Source: Schmidtea polychroa
Lineage: Eukaryota
Length of the DNA stretch: 64,000 bases
Direction: 5' to 3'
NCBI GenBank assembly: GCA_044892525.1
Contig: CM097885.1
Span: forward strand, 43,960,001-44,024,000
The translations under genes were made by a program, and so were the position numbers. Within the stretch, counting starts at the first letter, position 1. Every line of letters starts with the position of its first letter. Below are positions 28,540-42,379 of the stretch, piece after piece. The notes beneath the pieces are model-generated. The model was not told the origin of the DNA. It saw nothing but the letters and a program-made list of their open reading frames with translations, and did not search any database.

Positions 28540-28541
<2 letters not shown>
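28326..28541 (-). mobile_element. PLE family C 3' terminus with 84-bp fold-back inversion splitting an (ATT)n tract
   Basis: Arms 28364-28447 and 28458-28541, 10-nt spacer CTTATCAATC. Confidence 0.88.
28454..28496 (+). ncRNA. Minimal hammerhead ribozyme variant with U3-A8 core (family C)
   Basis: AAUCA UUGACAA G GACUAU CUU AUAGUC GAAA UUUU UU UCAUU; spacing matches the CUGANGA families; inverted second copy in the left arm. Confidence 0.7.
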
Positions 28542-28606
<65 letters not shown>

Positions 28607-29550
28607 ATGAGTATTAATGAAATTAAAAACTAAAAAGGAATAAAAAGTTTTATTGATAATAAATTTTCATATCTTAAATGTACATACTAATTGAACAACG
28701 TATATTTTGCTCAGCAGAAATTTTGTGTGAAAACCTTTAATGCATAAAATAATTGAAATAAATTACATAATATGTAAGAGGATAAACTCAAATATTACAA
28801 GGATTTATGCAATTACTAGATATTTCAATTTCATGTTCATTTCCCACCAGAATAATCTGAATTTATTTAATGACATTATTGCATATGAACATGGTACTAA
28901 TTAAACTTACAAAGTTATATTTATTTATAGAAATGAATTAAAAGTCTTAATTATTAAAAATTATTAATTTAAATTATTAATTAAAAATTGGTTTAATTAT
29001 CCCATAAACCCAATATGGCAGTGTGTTTATGAAATTATTAAGGAGGCCCTGTTATAAATTTTATTCGAACTGAAGAATATATTTTTTTAAAATTTTCGTC
29101 TAAAATACTTTTGCTAATTCGCATCAATCTATCATTGAAACAGTTTTTATAATCGTCAACAGTTTGTAACAAGATTTTTGTAACAAGAATTATCCTTGCA
29201 GCATCTAAAGAACATTTGGTATGGTGAAATTCTAAAAACGAGTTTTAACAATGTCATACAAAGAAATGAAAATTTAAAATACACTGTTGAAAGTTCTTTA
29301 AACTTCGACATGTCTAAAATCCATCTTTATGCAATTGCTTACAAGTACAGAGATAATACTTACAAAATCATTTGGGAAATATTTTTTTACTAGAAATATT
29401 ATGTTTTTAAAATAACTGTGGAATTCGGGGATTATAGGTTATAATTGTCAATTTATGTATAATTATTAATTATTTAATTAAATTAATTTATTATGTAAAA
29501 GATTTTTTACTTTCAGGTATGAATGGTATCAATAAAAAAAATCAAAATAT

Positions 29551-30529
29551 TGTTGGGTTTTATGATACTAAAAGTCGACAGTCCAAAAATTGACAAACAC
29601 AAACTCCCAACGTATATTTACAATTTCTCAATAAATAATTAAAACTTTTAGTTAACCACGATTTGGCTCAAAATTTCAGACTGAACCTCGTCCTGGATAG
29701 TCTCGAACTTGTGCAATTTAAAAATAAGTTTCACCTTTTTATTTGATTCCGCTCTCTGATCCAAACTCTTTTAATACTCCTTTTCTAACTCTTCAGTTCC
29801 CCTTATAATTCTCCTTTAGTTCTTAACTTTGTTCCTCAAACTCCTATTGTCAGTTTCTTCTTCACAAACCGAGTCTACTGCCGATTATCTGAATTTGGAG
29901 TTTCCTTATATACTCCTATAATCGTTGTAATTGCCCCATTTTTGACCTAATTGGTTTTGACTTCTGTAGTTATCATTCCCTAGTTGGCTATTTCTGTTGA
30001 CCTCTTCGTAATTCCCCTTCTTTTGTTTACCCTCGTTTATCCGGTTGTTTTGATAATTGCCCTCTGAATTCCTCGTTTGTTTACCCTTCTAAATTGCCGT
30101 GCTCGGGTTTTCTTCATCGCTCGGATTCTCCATTGGCTCGGGCTTCCCATTAGCTCGGATTTCCCATTAACAAATTAATTAATTAATTAATATTTTACGT
30201 TTTATCACATTTGTCTGTTTTACGACCCTTTCTAAACATTTTCTAACAATTTCTTGCTCACTGTCTTCTTCACCATCCCCTAATCTACCCCTCTCCCGTT
30301 TTCCAGCTTCAATTTCGATAACTTTTCACTTTATTCCACTTCCTCAGGTTTGCGCATTTTTCCATTTCGTGTCTGATTGTATCCTTTTATAGTTCTGTTT
30401 TTATCATATCTTTCTTTGCCATTACTTTTCTGATTGATTGCCATTCTTTTTCAGTCAATTTTAGTTTTCCTTTTATTCGGAACTATTCAATTTGATATAA
30501 TTTAAATATTTTCTTTAACAACCTCAACA
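29551..30529 (-). mobile_element. Solo LTR (Gypsy-type, 4-bp TSD)
   Basis: Termini TGTTGGG...CCTCAACA, TSD ATAT (29547-29550, 30530-30533); internal repeats related to 6679-7344. Confidence 0.8.
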
Positions 30530-31387
30530 ATATCTTAATCAAAGACCCTAATGCAAATGATTCAATATCATATGAAAAATCAAAGATGATTTTTTGTCAA
30601 TTAAAACCTAAAATAACTATGTATTATTCGAAAGGTAAAAATGTCTCGGTCAGAAATCTAAAATGTTCAGCTGCAGAGGTCAGTCCTAAGAGAATTATTT
30701 CACAGTCTTTTTGTATAATAATTAATTAATCTTTCTCATAACCGACTCTTAGAAGCTTATTTTTATCAAAGGGGCTACTTTTGTGGCGAGACCCTTCCCT
30801 AATTTTTTTAAAAATTTTAAATTTTTGTTACACCATCAATTTGAATATTTTATAAGAATTTTTAATACCTATATTCTTGAAATTAAATTCTTGTTTTAAA
30901 GGTTTGATTAGGTCATCGCTATTTTGAACAATTATCTGTCAGTAAATGCTTAAAATGTGTATCCTTTGCTTAGAAAGTGTAAATTCTCAGATTTCAAGTG
31001 AAAATTAATTCATATAATAAAAACAACCAAGTAGAAATTGCTCGCAGAATAAAAACAGAAAAATTATTGTAATAGAGTAAAATCGGTTTTAATAAGTAAA
31101 ATTCTATTAAAATTCTATAAAGTACTCAAAACATTAAACTTTTTGATCAAACATTTGAGTCGAAATGAACATAAAAGGGAAAATTTCTAATAAAATATTA
31201 ATTAGTAAGTAGAAGTTTATTACAAAACATAATCATTGTGTAATTATATGTTGTTATCATAAGTAAACTGTAAATTGAAAAAGAAATGGTAATGAGGTAA
31301 AATATTTGAATTTCAATAATAAAATCAAGTAAATAAACTCTTAAATAACAATGTTATTTTTTCATAAAAATAAAAGAACACCAACTT

Positions 31388-31430
31388 TAGTAATATATTT
31401 CGACAGCTCGGTTGTCATCATCAATCACTA
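31388..31430 (-). ncRNA. Minimal hammerhead-like motif (possible fourth PLE family)
   Basis: UAGUGA UUGAUGA U GACA ACCGAGC UGUC GAAA UA UA UUACUA; 6-bp stem I, 4-bp stem II, C3 changed to U, shortened loop III. Confidence 0.6.
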
Positions 31431-31697
31431 AACAACGTCAATGTCTATTTTAGTGTTGCATATTTTATTATGCTCAATAATATTGCTTTTTCCAATAAAT
31501 TCGGCCTGCTCTAGAACTCGTGTACATGAATGACGGTACAAAAATTAAGAAAAATTCTAATTTTGATTTCCTACACAAATTTAACAAAACAAATATCGCA
31601 CACTAATTAATATATAACATCGATTTTAAATTAATAATCATAACGTAAGATAATTGTTTTAATGAATAAATCTGACATAAAAAAGATATTTTTTTAA

Positions 31698-31738
<41 letters not shown>

Positions 31739-32722
31739 CATTTAAACAATTTTAAAGCGAAAAGTAATAAATTGAAGTAATCCAATTAATTGTCATAGAA
31801 ACAAATAATTTCAATAAACTCTATATTAATGATCTAAAGGTAAAACTTTAGACAGGAAATTTCATACTTCTAAATTCGGTATTTTGTGCAAGTCAGATGA
31901 GAACAGTTAATTACTCACGTAAATCATAACAATATCAATTTCTGTCATCAAATATCTCCAAAATACGAAATAAAAAAAAACAGAGAAAAATAAACAAAAT
32001 TAACAATAATTTTGTTTTTAATTTGACTGCAATAAATTGAAACAAAGCACTTATTTTATTTTTGTCAAATGGGAAAAATTTCAAATTTAATTGAAAATAA
32101 ATGAATTAAATGCAATCGATCAAAATCGAGTCACTTGAAAATGGATTATTAAGAAAATTATTGTTTTAATAAACTGTTTTCTCATTAATCAATATCTCGA
32201 CGTTGAACAATAATCGATTTGATTAAAAAAATCGGAAATAATGAAAAATTCAAAAAATTATCACAAAGCGGTCAGTGAGGACTGGATTTGACAATTTTGT
32301 CGGGGGGAGGGGGGGAGGTTCTTTATTGATTTTATTAGATTATTTATTTATTTAAATTTAATAACTCATTGTTTGATTAATAATTTTTTTTAATGTTTTT
32401 CTAACGGAAAATTAATCTTATTAAAATTTAGGTTATCGGATTTGTCAATTAACAAGATAAGATTGCTTTTAGCAAAAAGGACTAGTTTAAAATTTCAATA
32501 TTCGTGATATTTGATTGGTTTTCTTCTGTTGGAAATTATACGTGAATTTTTTTTTAATTTAATTTTTCTTTGGATTGCTGATAATTGAATTATTAACTAG
32601 AAATTTATTAATGTGTTAGGTTTTAATTTAAAATTTAAAAAAATAATAATTTAAACAAAATAATTTAAAATTTAATATACGTTGCAATAAACCATTTTAA
32701 TTCATTTGCTGTATTTAATAAA

Positions 32723-32783
<61 letters not shown>

Positions 32784-35339
32784 CAAATATATTTTTTAAA
32801 TATTATATTAATTCAATGACAGTTTTTATTGATGAAATGAAATAAATTTTGCATTATTTAATGTAATGTTATCGAATTAAAAGTTATTGTAAAATTTATT
32901 TTTTAATAATTTAATTAATTATGTAATGTAATTTGGAAACATCAGACAAATGCTTTATAACTAAAATTGATAAACTTGTTTTAAACATTAAAATTTTAAT
33001 AAAATGTTATTGCATATCAATTTTTTCCAAAATTCCTAATTGATTCTATTAAAAATCAAATGAGTTTGTTATAATATTACCTGTTATAATATTACCAATA
33101 TAATTCTAGAAAACCTTTTTCCTTATTTTCATATTATGCTAAACCATTTTGAGAAAGAATTTGAAGTAGTACACTTATTTTGAGATCTCAAATTACTCTA
33201 GGATGAACAAATTATTAGTAAAAATTAATATTTAGAGTGATTTTTTCATTTCAAATTTGGTGATAAAAGCTTCGATGATAAATCAGGAAGAGGTTGGCTG
33301 TCTTAATATGACGTCAACCTCTCTGACAAAGAGAATGCACCACGGGCTACTACGTCAACCACTCACAGAAAACATGAACTGCCTTAATGAACCAGAGATG
33401 CCAAAAATATTTGCGCATCAGTAATTGAAGTTGTTGGTAATTATACTCCAGAATGACAATTGTAATATGTTTTTAATGTATTTTTATGTTTTGATTTTCA
33501 ATAAAAATTGTATATAATTGTATGAGTATATAAAGTTTATACATCACCAAGTATTTTATTAAATTTATTCCTATTTATACATATTTTTCAACATAATAAT
33601 ATATATAATTCATATTAAAACATGCATAATACAATCAAATTTAAATAAAATTACTAAACTTTTTACTCGCCACTAATTTGTTTTCATTTACAATTTATTT
33701 ATTTTAATTTAGTTTTTGACTTCAAATAATTATTTTAAATTTACCATTTTTTAAATTTATCACATGTTAAATAGTTTTTTTAATTAGTTTTAAAAAATTT
33801 TGAAATTAACTTTTAAATGCTTGTTTTAAATTACTTGTACCATTATAATAATTGTTTTAAAAATGCATATGATTTTATTAGGTTGTATATTGAATATTTA
33901 TACATTTGCTGGTACATTGAAATTATTAGTGTTTTCAAATAAATACTAATTGGTCCTCTCTTAGTTCTTTTGTCTGCTCAATTTTTCTGTAACTCTCATC
34001 TGTTTCAGTTCTTTCTGCTATTATTTCTTTGCCAATAACTGTAAAAATTCCCGCTTCTATGAGTGCTTACTGTTGACATAAATTCCACCTTAAGTGGTTA
34101 ATATTTTATTATTGCTGCTATTATCATATAAATTAAAATTACAAAATTAAAAAGAAGATATGTTAAAATATTTTTAAAATTGTATTAATTATAATTTTTG
34201 TTATATTTTTTGGTCACCTTTGATTTATTCTATTCTATGCAACATAAATTTTCATCTACGCTTTTATGAGGTGTTAATAATAATTTTAAAAAGTATATAA
34301 CTATTATGAACTGTTATTAGCATGTTACCACAAACTTTTATTATTGAATGCGAGCTCACTTTTTTAATTAACCTTTTTGTTAATACTACCCAAGAAAACT
34401 AATGACAGCCTAACTTTTAATTGTCTACATGTCAACAACATTTTGTCGACCAAAGTTATCATTTGCGAAAATAGGTTAAATTGTTTTAAAAGACGCCTAA
34501 TAAAATCTACTTAGTAAAACTCATTATGAACTTTAGTGTATAAAATTGAAAAACATATATTTTAATTTTAAAAATGAATATTTTATCATGCGTAATTCCA
34601 ATTTTTTATTTCTTAACATAATAGAAACCCAACACCCCTCTCTCTGTTCAAAAAAATTCCATAAATATCGTTTAAAATATTTTACTCACCATACTTTTGA
34701 TCTTGACTCAAACCGAATTTTTCTGTGGATTTGTTCTAAAACAATGAAATCGACTTTTAATACATGTTTTACCCAAAAAAATATCTTATGTATAATTAAA
34801 GACCAAAAGTAAAGTTCTCACCATTTTATTAGGGAAAAATAATTAAACAGTTAAAAATTAAATCAATTTTATCTCAATTATTCATACTTATTCATTTATT
34901 ATCAAATAATTGACCACATGAGCAATCTGATTTATCAATTTTTCAACCAATCAAATAATAGCACTGAGTCGGTTGAGGAGCTCTTTTTTTTACAGAATTA
35001 ATTAATCATTTACATGTTGATTTGGTCTAGTTTTTATTTTCACAATTGATTTTTTGTTTTAATCCATCAAGCACTTAGATTTTTTTATCCTTTACTGTCA
35101 AGCGGTTGTTATGGAGAACATTATTTATATTGTATGGGAAATTTTTCTTAGTAACGTTTTATTTTATATTTAGAATAAGCATTCCCTTGATATTACTTTC
35201 CATTATTGATAATTAATATTTTTTTAATATTGATAATAGTATATGCAATCAATATCATTTTAGAATAACATTTACCGAACACTTTTTAGTTTAAACAATT
35301 GAATACCACAATTTATATTGTATTTCAATTTATCCATTT

Positions 35340-36115
<776 letters not shown>

Positions 36116-36157
36116 AGGATAATTATTATTATTATTAATTATTATTAATATTAGTAT

Positions 36158-37002
36158 AAAGTGATGATTTCTTGGTAGCAGCATTTATTATTTAAAACGA
36201 TAAAATGATAATTTAAGCCTTTTGCTGCGAATAATGTATTTAATGAAAAAACTTTCGACTATTAGATAGTCCTTGTCAATATCCTGGTTTAGCAATCTCC
36301 TTCCCGAACATACATTTTTATTTTTCTTTTATTGGTTTTTTCTTACTTCTTATTGGTTATAAATATAATATAATCAAATGATATACTTTCTTTTTCTGAA
36401 TTTCTAAAAATTTTATTTAAAATTAAAATAAATATCATGTAAAATTCAAAATAACACCAACTAAAATTTTTAAATTTTTAAAGTTTCTATAATTACCCCT
36501 TAGAAGCCTACTCTAATAAAATATTTTAAAATATTTTTAAAATAAAGCTATTTATATACGAGATTTGAATATTTTAATGTGTCAATTTTAATTTTTAATT
36601 CCTATCTTTTGAAAGCATATTTTTTAAAATTTCTATATTATTTTAATTATTACTTTTTTTAATTTTTTATATATTATCAGTTATTCTCAAGGTCAATGAC
36701 AACAGATCAAATTGATGATTTCATTGATTTATTCTTTACTGTTGATTTTTGGCCGTCTGTTTATAATGAGAATTGCTTCTTTGAATCTGACATTTTTTTG
36801 GATGTTTCCATTGGCTATTATTTCGATAGAAATATTTTTTCTTTCCTTTGTTGGTTGACATTGTTGGAGATGTCTGTTTATTCAGGATTTTCCACCAGAA
36901 TCTAGATGTTCTTTAACTCTTTGGTGCAAGGTCCTGAGTGTACTTCCAATTGGCCTTGTACACTCAGGACCTTGCACCAAAGAGTTAAAGAACATCTAGA
37001 TT
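36158..37002 (-). mobile_element. 5'-truncated PLE family C copy: pLTR with U3-A8 hammerhead, GIY-YIG C-terminal half, 45-bp fold-back at the 5' end
   Basis: IGSTLRTLHQRVKEHLDSGGKS*INRHLQQC..EAILIINRRPKINSKE (36700-36955); perfect arms 36899-36943 and 36958-37002; ATT-rich flanks. Confidence 0.85.
36242..36284 (-). ncRNA. U3-A8 minimal hammerhead variant (family C)
   Basis: UUGACAA G GACUAU CUA AUAGUC GAAA GUUU UU UCAUU; stem I 5' strand poorly paired in this copy. Confidence 0.6.
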
Positions 37003-37419
37003 TTATTATTGTTATTGTAAATCAAATATTTATTAAAATTTTGAACTTATGAAATAATTAATTCTAATAATTATTACTTTTTTATTGAAAGTTTTTAAGA
37101 GATATTGTTAGACATAATTTTGAGAAATGGTAATCATATTCCTTCTCAATAATATCGAAAAATAATTTTCAGATTAATTTACTTTTCTTCATATACTTAT
37201 TGCTTTCGATGAAAACAATTAATTTTTCTTGAATATAAAAAATACAATTTCCCCGCTAGATCTTGATTTAATAATGGTGCGGATAATAAGATATGAAATT
37301 AAATATTAGCTTCATTGTCATTTATTAATTATTTCTTTTTATTATTTGAATATAAAATAATTAGGTCTAATAAATAACAGGAAAATGTTGGAAAGTTTAA
37401 ACAAAGATAAAAATATAGA

Positions 37420-38930
37420 ATTAATGTTATTTAAATAAATGAACTTTAGAAAGGGCAGTTTTTCAAATAAAAAACGTATATTGAATAAATATTATTGTTC
37501 AATTTTATTGGAAAATTATAAGTTTTTTTATAAAGATTACTCAAGTCAATTAATGCAAGGTAATGTCATTGTCATTGATTATTTGTATCAAGAAGTAAAC
37601 AAAGAAAAGTGGTTTAATAATTTATTCTAAAAATAAGTAGACATGTCAATGGCACAGTGATTTTTATAACTCAAAATCTATTTCATCAAGGTGGTGCACA
37701 TAGAACGCATAACCTAAATGTTTAATATTTGATTGTTTTCAAAAATAGAAGATGCGCAACTGTTATTGATTTTTTTGCCTATCCCAACAATCACAACTTT
37801 TTAATCAATGCATTTCAAGATGCAACCAAGACTGCGCGTGGATATAAATTTCTTGATTTTACTCAACAATTTCCTGGTGAATTAGGAGTTAGAACAGATA
37901 TTTTCAACAAAGAAGCAATCATATTTTTTAAAATATTTGTTAAAAAGTAAAAACAAAGAATTCAAAAAACATTCCACCAAAGATTGGTTGCATTCCATCG
38001 AAAGAACTAATTGAATCAAACCTTACAACAGCTAATCTTTTTTCGCACAATAAAAAACCAAAAAATACAATAATTAAATTTCTAAAATAATTGAAAAATC
38101 ATCGTAGTTTATCATTTTTTACTGCATTGTTAAAATCTCCATTCATGACAAGAATGTAAATTTTACAGTCATTTCCAAATTGGTCGTCGATGATTTATTT
38201 GATTCTAAAATTGATGTCGTCAATAAAATGGTTAATATTACCAAATATAAAAAAACGTGCATTAGAAAGACACAATAAACTATTAATAAATCTTGTAAAA
38301 ACTATAAACCGTCAAAAGATGGGTAAAATCATTTATAACAAGGCATAAGTTTTGCTGCATTGATTCCATTAGCATTGTCATTATTATTTGGAGGAAGTTT
38401 ACTTCGAAAATAAAGAATGTTTGCTAATTCTTCATTGCCTAATATAAATTTAAATTTTAAATCTTATTATAATGGAGAAGATATGTACAAATATAAAGGA
38501 TGCAGCTGGTTTTGATAGAATAGAAAACTAACGAAAATACTTCCGGATTCCAAAAATGAGACACAAAAGTGGATATCATGTCAACTGACATACAATATAA
38601 ACAAACCAATGTGGAAAAGATTCCAAACAAGATTAACAGGAGTTACAAATATATTTTATTTATTAAAAAGCTTGCTGATAAAACATATATCAATGTTTTT
38701 GATATTCACGAATTTTTGGCATTGCCATTTTCAAGTGAATTTGATCCAAAAAGTTAGAAAACCCAAATATAAAGTTGGTAACCATGTTCAAATAGGCCAA
38801 ATTAGTGCATCACCATTTATTAAAAATCTTGTAATTTACTATGTATGTCATTAAAGATTATGAAAATAAGGAATTAGTTGAAAAATTCTATAAGCAAGAA
38901 TTGCAAGCTTTTCATCCACAAATAATATTT
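37420..38930 (+). mobile_element. Polinton/adintovirus-like remnant: packaging ATPase, amphipathic-peptide protein, integrase
   Basis: VIVIDYL (Walker B-like), SRHVNGTVIFITQNLF..RTHNLN..YLIVFKNRR..AFQDATKTARGYKFLDF..GVRTDIF (A32-like ATPase); FAALIPLALSLLFGG (~38350-38395); KPKYKVGNHVQI (integrase C-terminal region); many stops. Confidence 0.78.
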
Positions 38931-39070
38931 CGAATATGGAACGAATAATTGCAATATATAATAATTATATTTGTTTAGTATTTATTCAAATTTTCAATCG
39001 TAATGAAGCCTTTTAATATAGGCTCTAATCTCTGTTATAGATAAAAATGATAAACATTTGATTGGTTTCG

Positions 39071-39144
<74 letters not shown>
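39071..39144 (+). repeat. (AAT)n microsatellite
   Basis: Read directly. Confidence 0.95.
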
Positions 39145-39145
<1 letters not shown>

Positions 39146-40243
39146 GAGTATCAACAAACATCGATACATTACTGATTTATAGTCTTCAAACTCTCTTTTT
39201 AATTCAATAATAATAATATTTATAATAATATTTATAATAATAATTCATATTTATATAGTTTATTAATTTTTATATAACATTTAATTTAATTATTTAAATT
39301 ATTTATTTAATTTTTAGTAGAGCCCTTTTATTCGTTACCATACAAATTCTTTTTATTATTAAAACAATAAAAGTGAGATTGTATTCATTTGTATGCTTTC
39401 ATTTAAATCTCAGGAGAAAAAATAAATTGTGCGTGATTTGTTTTTAATGATAATTTAAAATATTTTGAATTTATAATATTTTTTGTTTTATGAATTTTTC
39501 AATATTTTTTTCAATAAATTTCAAGTAGACTATTTAAATTAAATATTAGAAAATTTGAAATAAATTTTATTAAAAATTGATGATTTATTATTTCGTATAT
39601 ATAACAAATCTTTCCGAATTTTGTACATTATTGAAATTGAAGCTCATATGTTCTTCCTTCCGGTAGACTTTCACAAATTCATGACATCTTTTGCTTTCTG
39701 AATTAAAAGTAAACCCTTTTTTACAACGTCAATAATTGCAATAAAAAAGCTTTAGTTTTCACAACCTGAAATTATAAAATATATTTATCAGCTTGAATTG
39801 TTTTCCTCGAGCGTTAAAAGACAAAAATTTACATAAGACATATTTTGGCTTGCTTTAAAACCGGATATTCTCTAGCAAAACATAATATTAAGTCTTTAGT
39901 GGAATTGCAAAGAAAAATATATTTGATGCACGTTCTTCAAGGAAAATTAATGACTGCCAATGTTTACTATGAACAACTAAAATATTTGCATATAAAATAT
40001 TTGTGGAATTGTTGATCTGATGATGGCATAATTCACATTTTTGCCCGTATTTTTGACACCCATGAAATTTAACCAATTAACTCAGTCCCACAAGCATACG
40101 TTGGATCTCCTTACTTAGGTTCTCGTGGCTTTTTACGAATTTTCAACATTAATCGAGATTCATAATATTCATACACTTATTCTCCTGATAAAACCGTCAG
40201 TTTTAATATATCATTTTATAATTATTAATATTATCATTATTTA

Positions 40244-40289
<46 letters not shown>

Positions 40290-40291
<2 letters not shown>

Positions 40292-40410
40292 GCGATGATT
40301 TCTTGGTAGCAGCATTAATTAAATATTAAACAAATAAATAGAAATATCAGTCTTTTGCTACGAAATATTTATTCAATAAAAAGATATTCGACTATAAAAA
40401 TAATCTTTTG
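40290..40410 (-). mobile_element. Diverged PLE family C 3' terminus following (ATT)n
   Basis: AAGCGATGATTTCTTGGTAGCAGCATT..CTTTTGCTACGAA..TTCGACTATA matches the 25422/28326/36158 copies. Confidence 0.7.
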
Positions 40411-41552
40411 TATAATTGTTTAATATTATTTAATTTTTTATTTATTTATTCATATTGTTCATTTAATAGTTTAATATAATAATAAGAAGAAGAAAAGATC
40501 AAGTGGACGAAGGAATATATTCAATAGTGTTAGATAATATATATTACACGTGTGTATACAGCATATTCATCATCTGGATATACAATGATATAATACGAGG
40601 ACCCAAAAATTCAGGATTAATCAAGCAATGCAGTTATCAGCAATACAGAACCAAAATAGTAAATCACCTTCTGTGTTATTGTCGTTGTCTCATAATGAAT
40701 TCATAGATCTTTAGTATATTTTGCCACATATAAATAGTGATAGATTAGACATTGGTTCTTAAGAAAGAATAATCAGAAACTTCAAACATTTGAACATTGT
40801 GAGTTACATTACTCTTTAGTAACAGAGAGTTAATAAATCCTCTTCAGGGTTGAATATATGAAACTGGAACATTCTCATTTTGACTGTCGACCTTAATGAC
40901 AATCTACATTATTTTATATTTGATTAAAGGAGTAATTAAGTTATCATATTTTCGATAAATTTACACAAAATTATGCAGTAAGTATTATTTATTTCGATCA
41001 TCATCAATGAACTAATTTATTTTGTTATTAGTTTGTTTTTAATCGCTAAAGTTATGCAAATATTGAGGGTACTTTTATTCATTATTAGCAAATAATACTA
41101 TTTCATTCTCAAGGTCAGAAGAGTCATGTCATTATTGCACGTTCAGGGACGAATAATTATCATAAGTAAAAATCATAATTTCATCTTACAATAAGTCAAA
41201 TGGCTCAAATTTCTACCTCAATTATCAAACTTTCAAACGTTTTCTTATTCTAATTTACCCCCGAAGATTCCCATTCGTATTTCATTCCCCATGTGCGAAG
41301 TCGATTGGTTATCATAGGTCTCAGTCTTTAATCAAAGGTCTGTTTAATTTTATTTTTATTTTATTAAGTGAAATAAATTATTGTAGATTGTATTTTCTAG
41401 TCAGACTCGTATTCTATTTAATGTCCATAACACTAATTTAAACCATTTAGTTCTTTAAGTGGATCAAGGATTTATTAAGTTTCTTTTCAAATATCAAAAG
41501 AGAAAGTATCAAGTTGTTGAAAGTTGCTTTTAAATTTGAATAATCTATTGGG

Positions 41553-41569
41553 ATAATAATAATAATAAC

Positions 41570-41668
<99 letters not shown>
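41553..41668 (+). repeat. (AAT)n microsatellite
   Basis: Read directly. Confidence 0.95.
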
Positions 41669-42379
41669 CAAAATTGGTAAAACTAAAACACTCTATTTTT
41701 TATTCAACGTTAACCAATTACTATTGAATATTTAACAATTTAAATACTATTATTAATTATTAAGTCACTGTTAATTTGATTAATTTAAATAAATTTAATA
41801 TAATATGTTCCTTATAAATGTATAGAACTTTTAATTTTGAACATAAATAAGAGAAATAATATTAAAAATTAGAAAATTAAATTATGGCAAATTATTTGGA
41901 ATATTAAATTGGTTATTTAATTTCGCATTGAATTTTATTCAGTATATTTACATAATTTTCTTGAAATTATCATAATTTTCTACCAATTTTGTGAATTTTA
42001 TAAATTTATTAAACTTGAAGCTAGTCCAAAAATTAAAATATGAATAATTATTAACGATAAAATACGTTCAACTTTATCCCTAATGGATATTACTTTTACT
42101 ATAACCTAAGGTAATGTTAGAATTATTTATTTATTTTATTTTATTTTATACAGCTATTTAATAGTTGATTTTATTTAGTGATTAAACGAAAAAATATTAT
42201 TAAAGATTTTTGAAAACTCATTTTAACATTATAGCATAATTACCGATCTCGAGAAACAATTATATCAAATTTCTTGATAATTGAATTTATCCCATAATTT
42301 AATTTATATATTTGGAAAATTTAATATCATGGAACTTCAATATCAGTTTATAAATGATTCACTGAAAATTGTATTGGAA

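Noticed and set aside
39720..40200. Decayed coding-like stretch on the minus strand (KFHGCQKYGQKCELCH)
   Set aside because: Probably a transposase relic, but no motif I can assign with confidence
40985..41012. UUGAUGA-UGAUC-GAAA hammerhead-like word on the minus strand
   Set aside because: Stem II absent and no stem I; could be chance or a deleted copy
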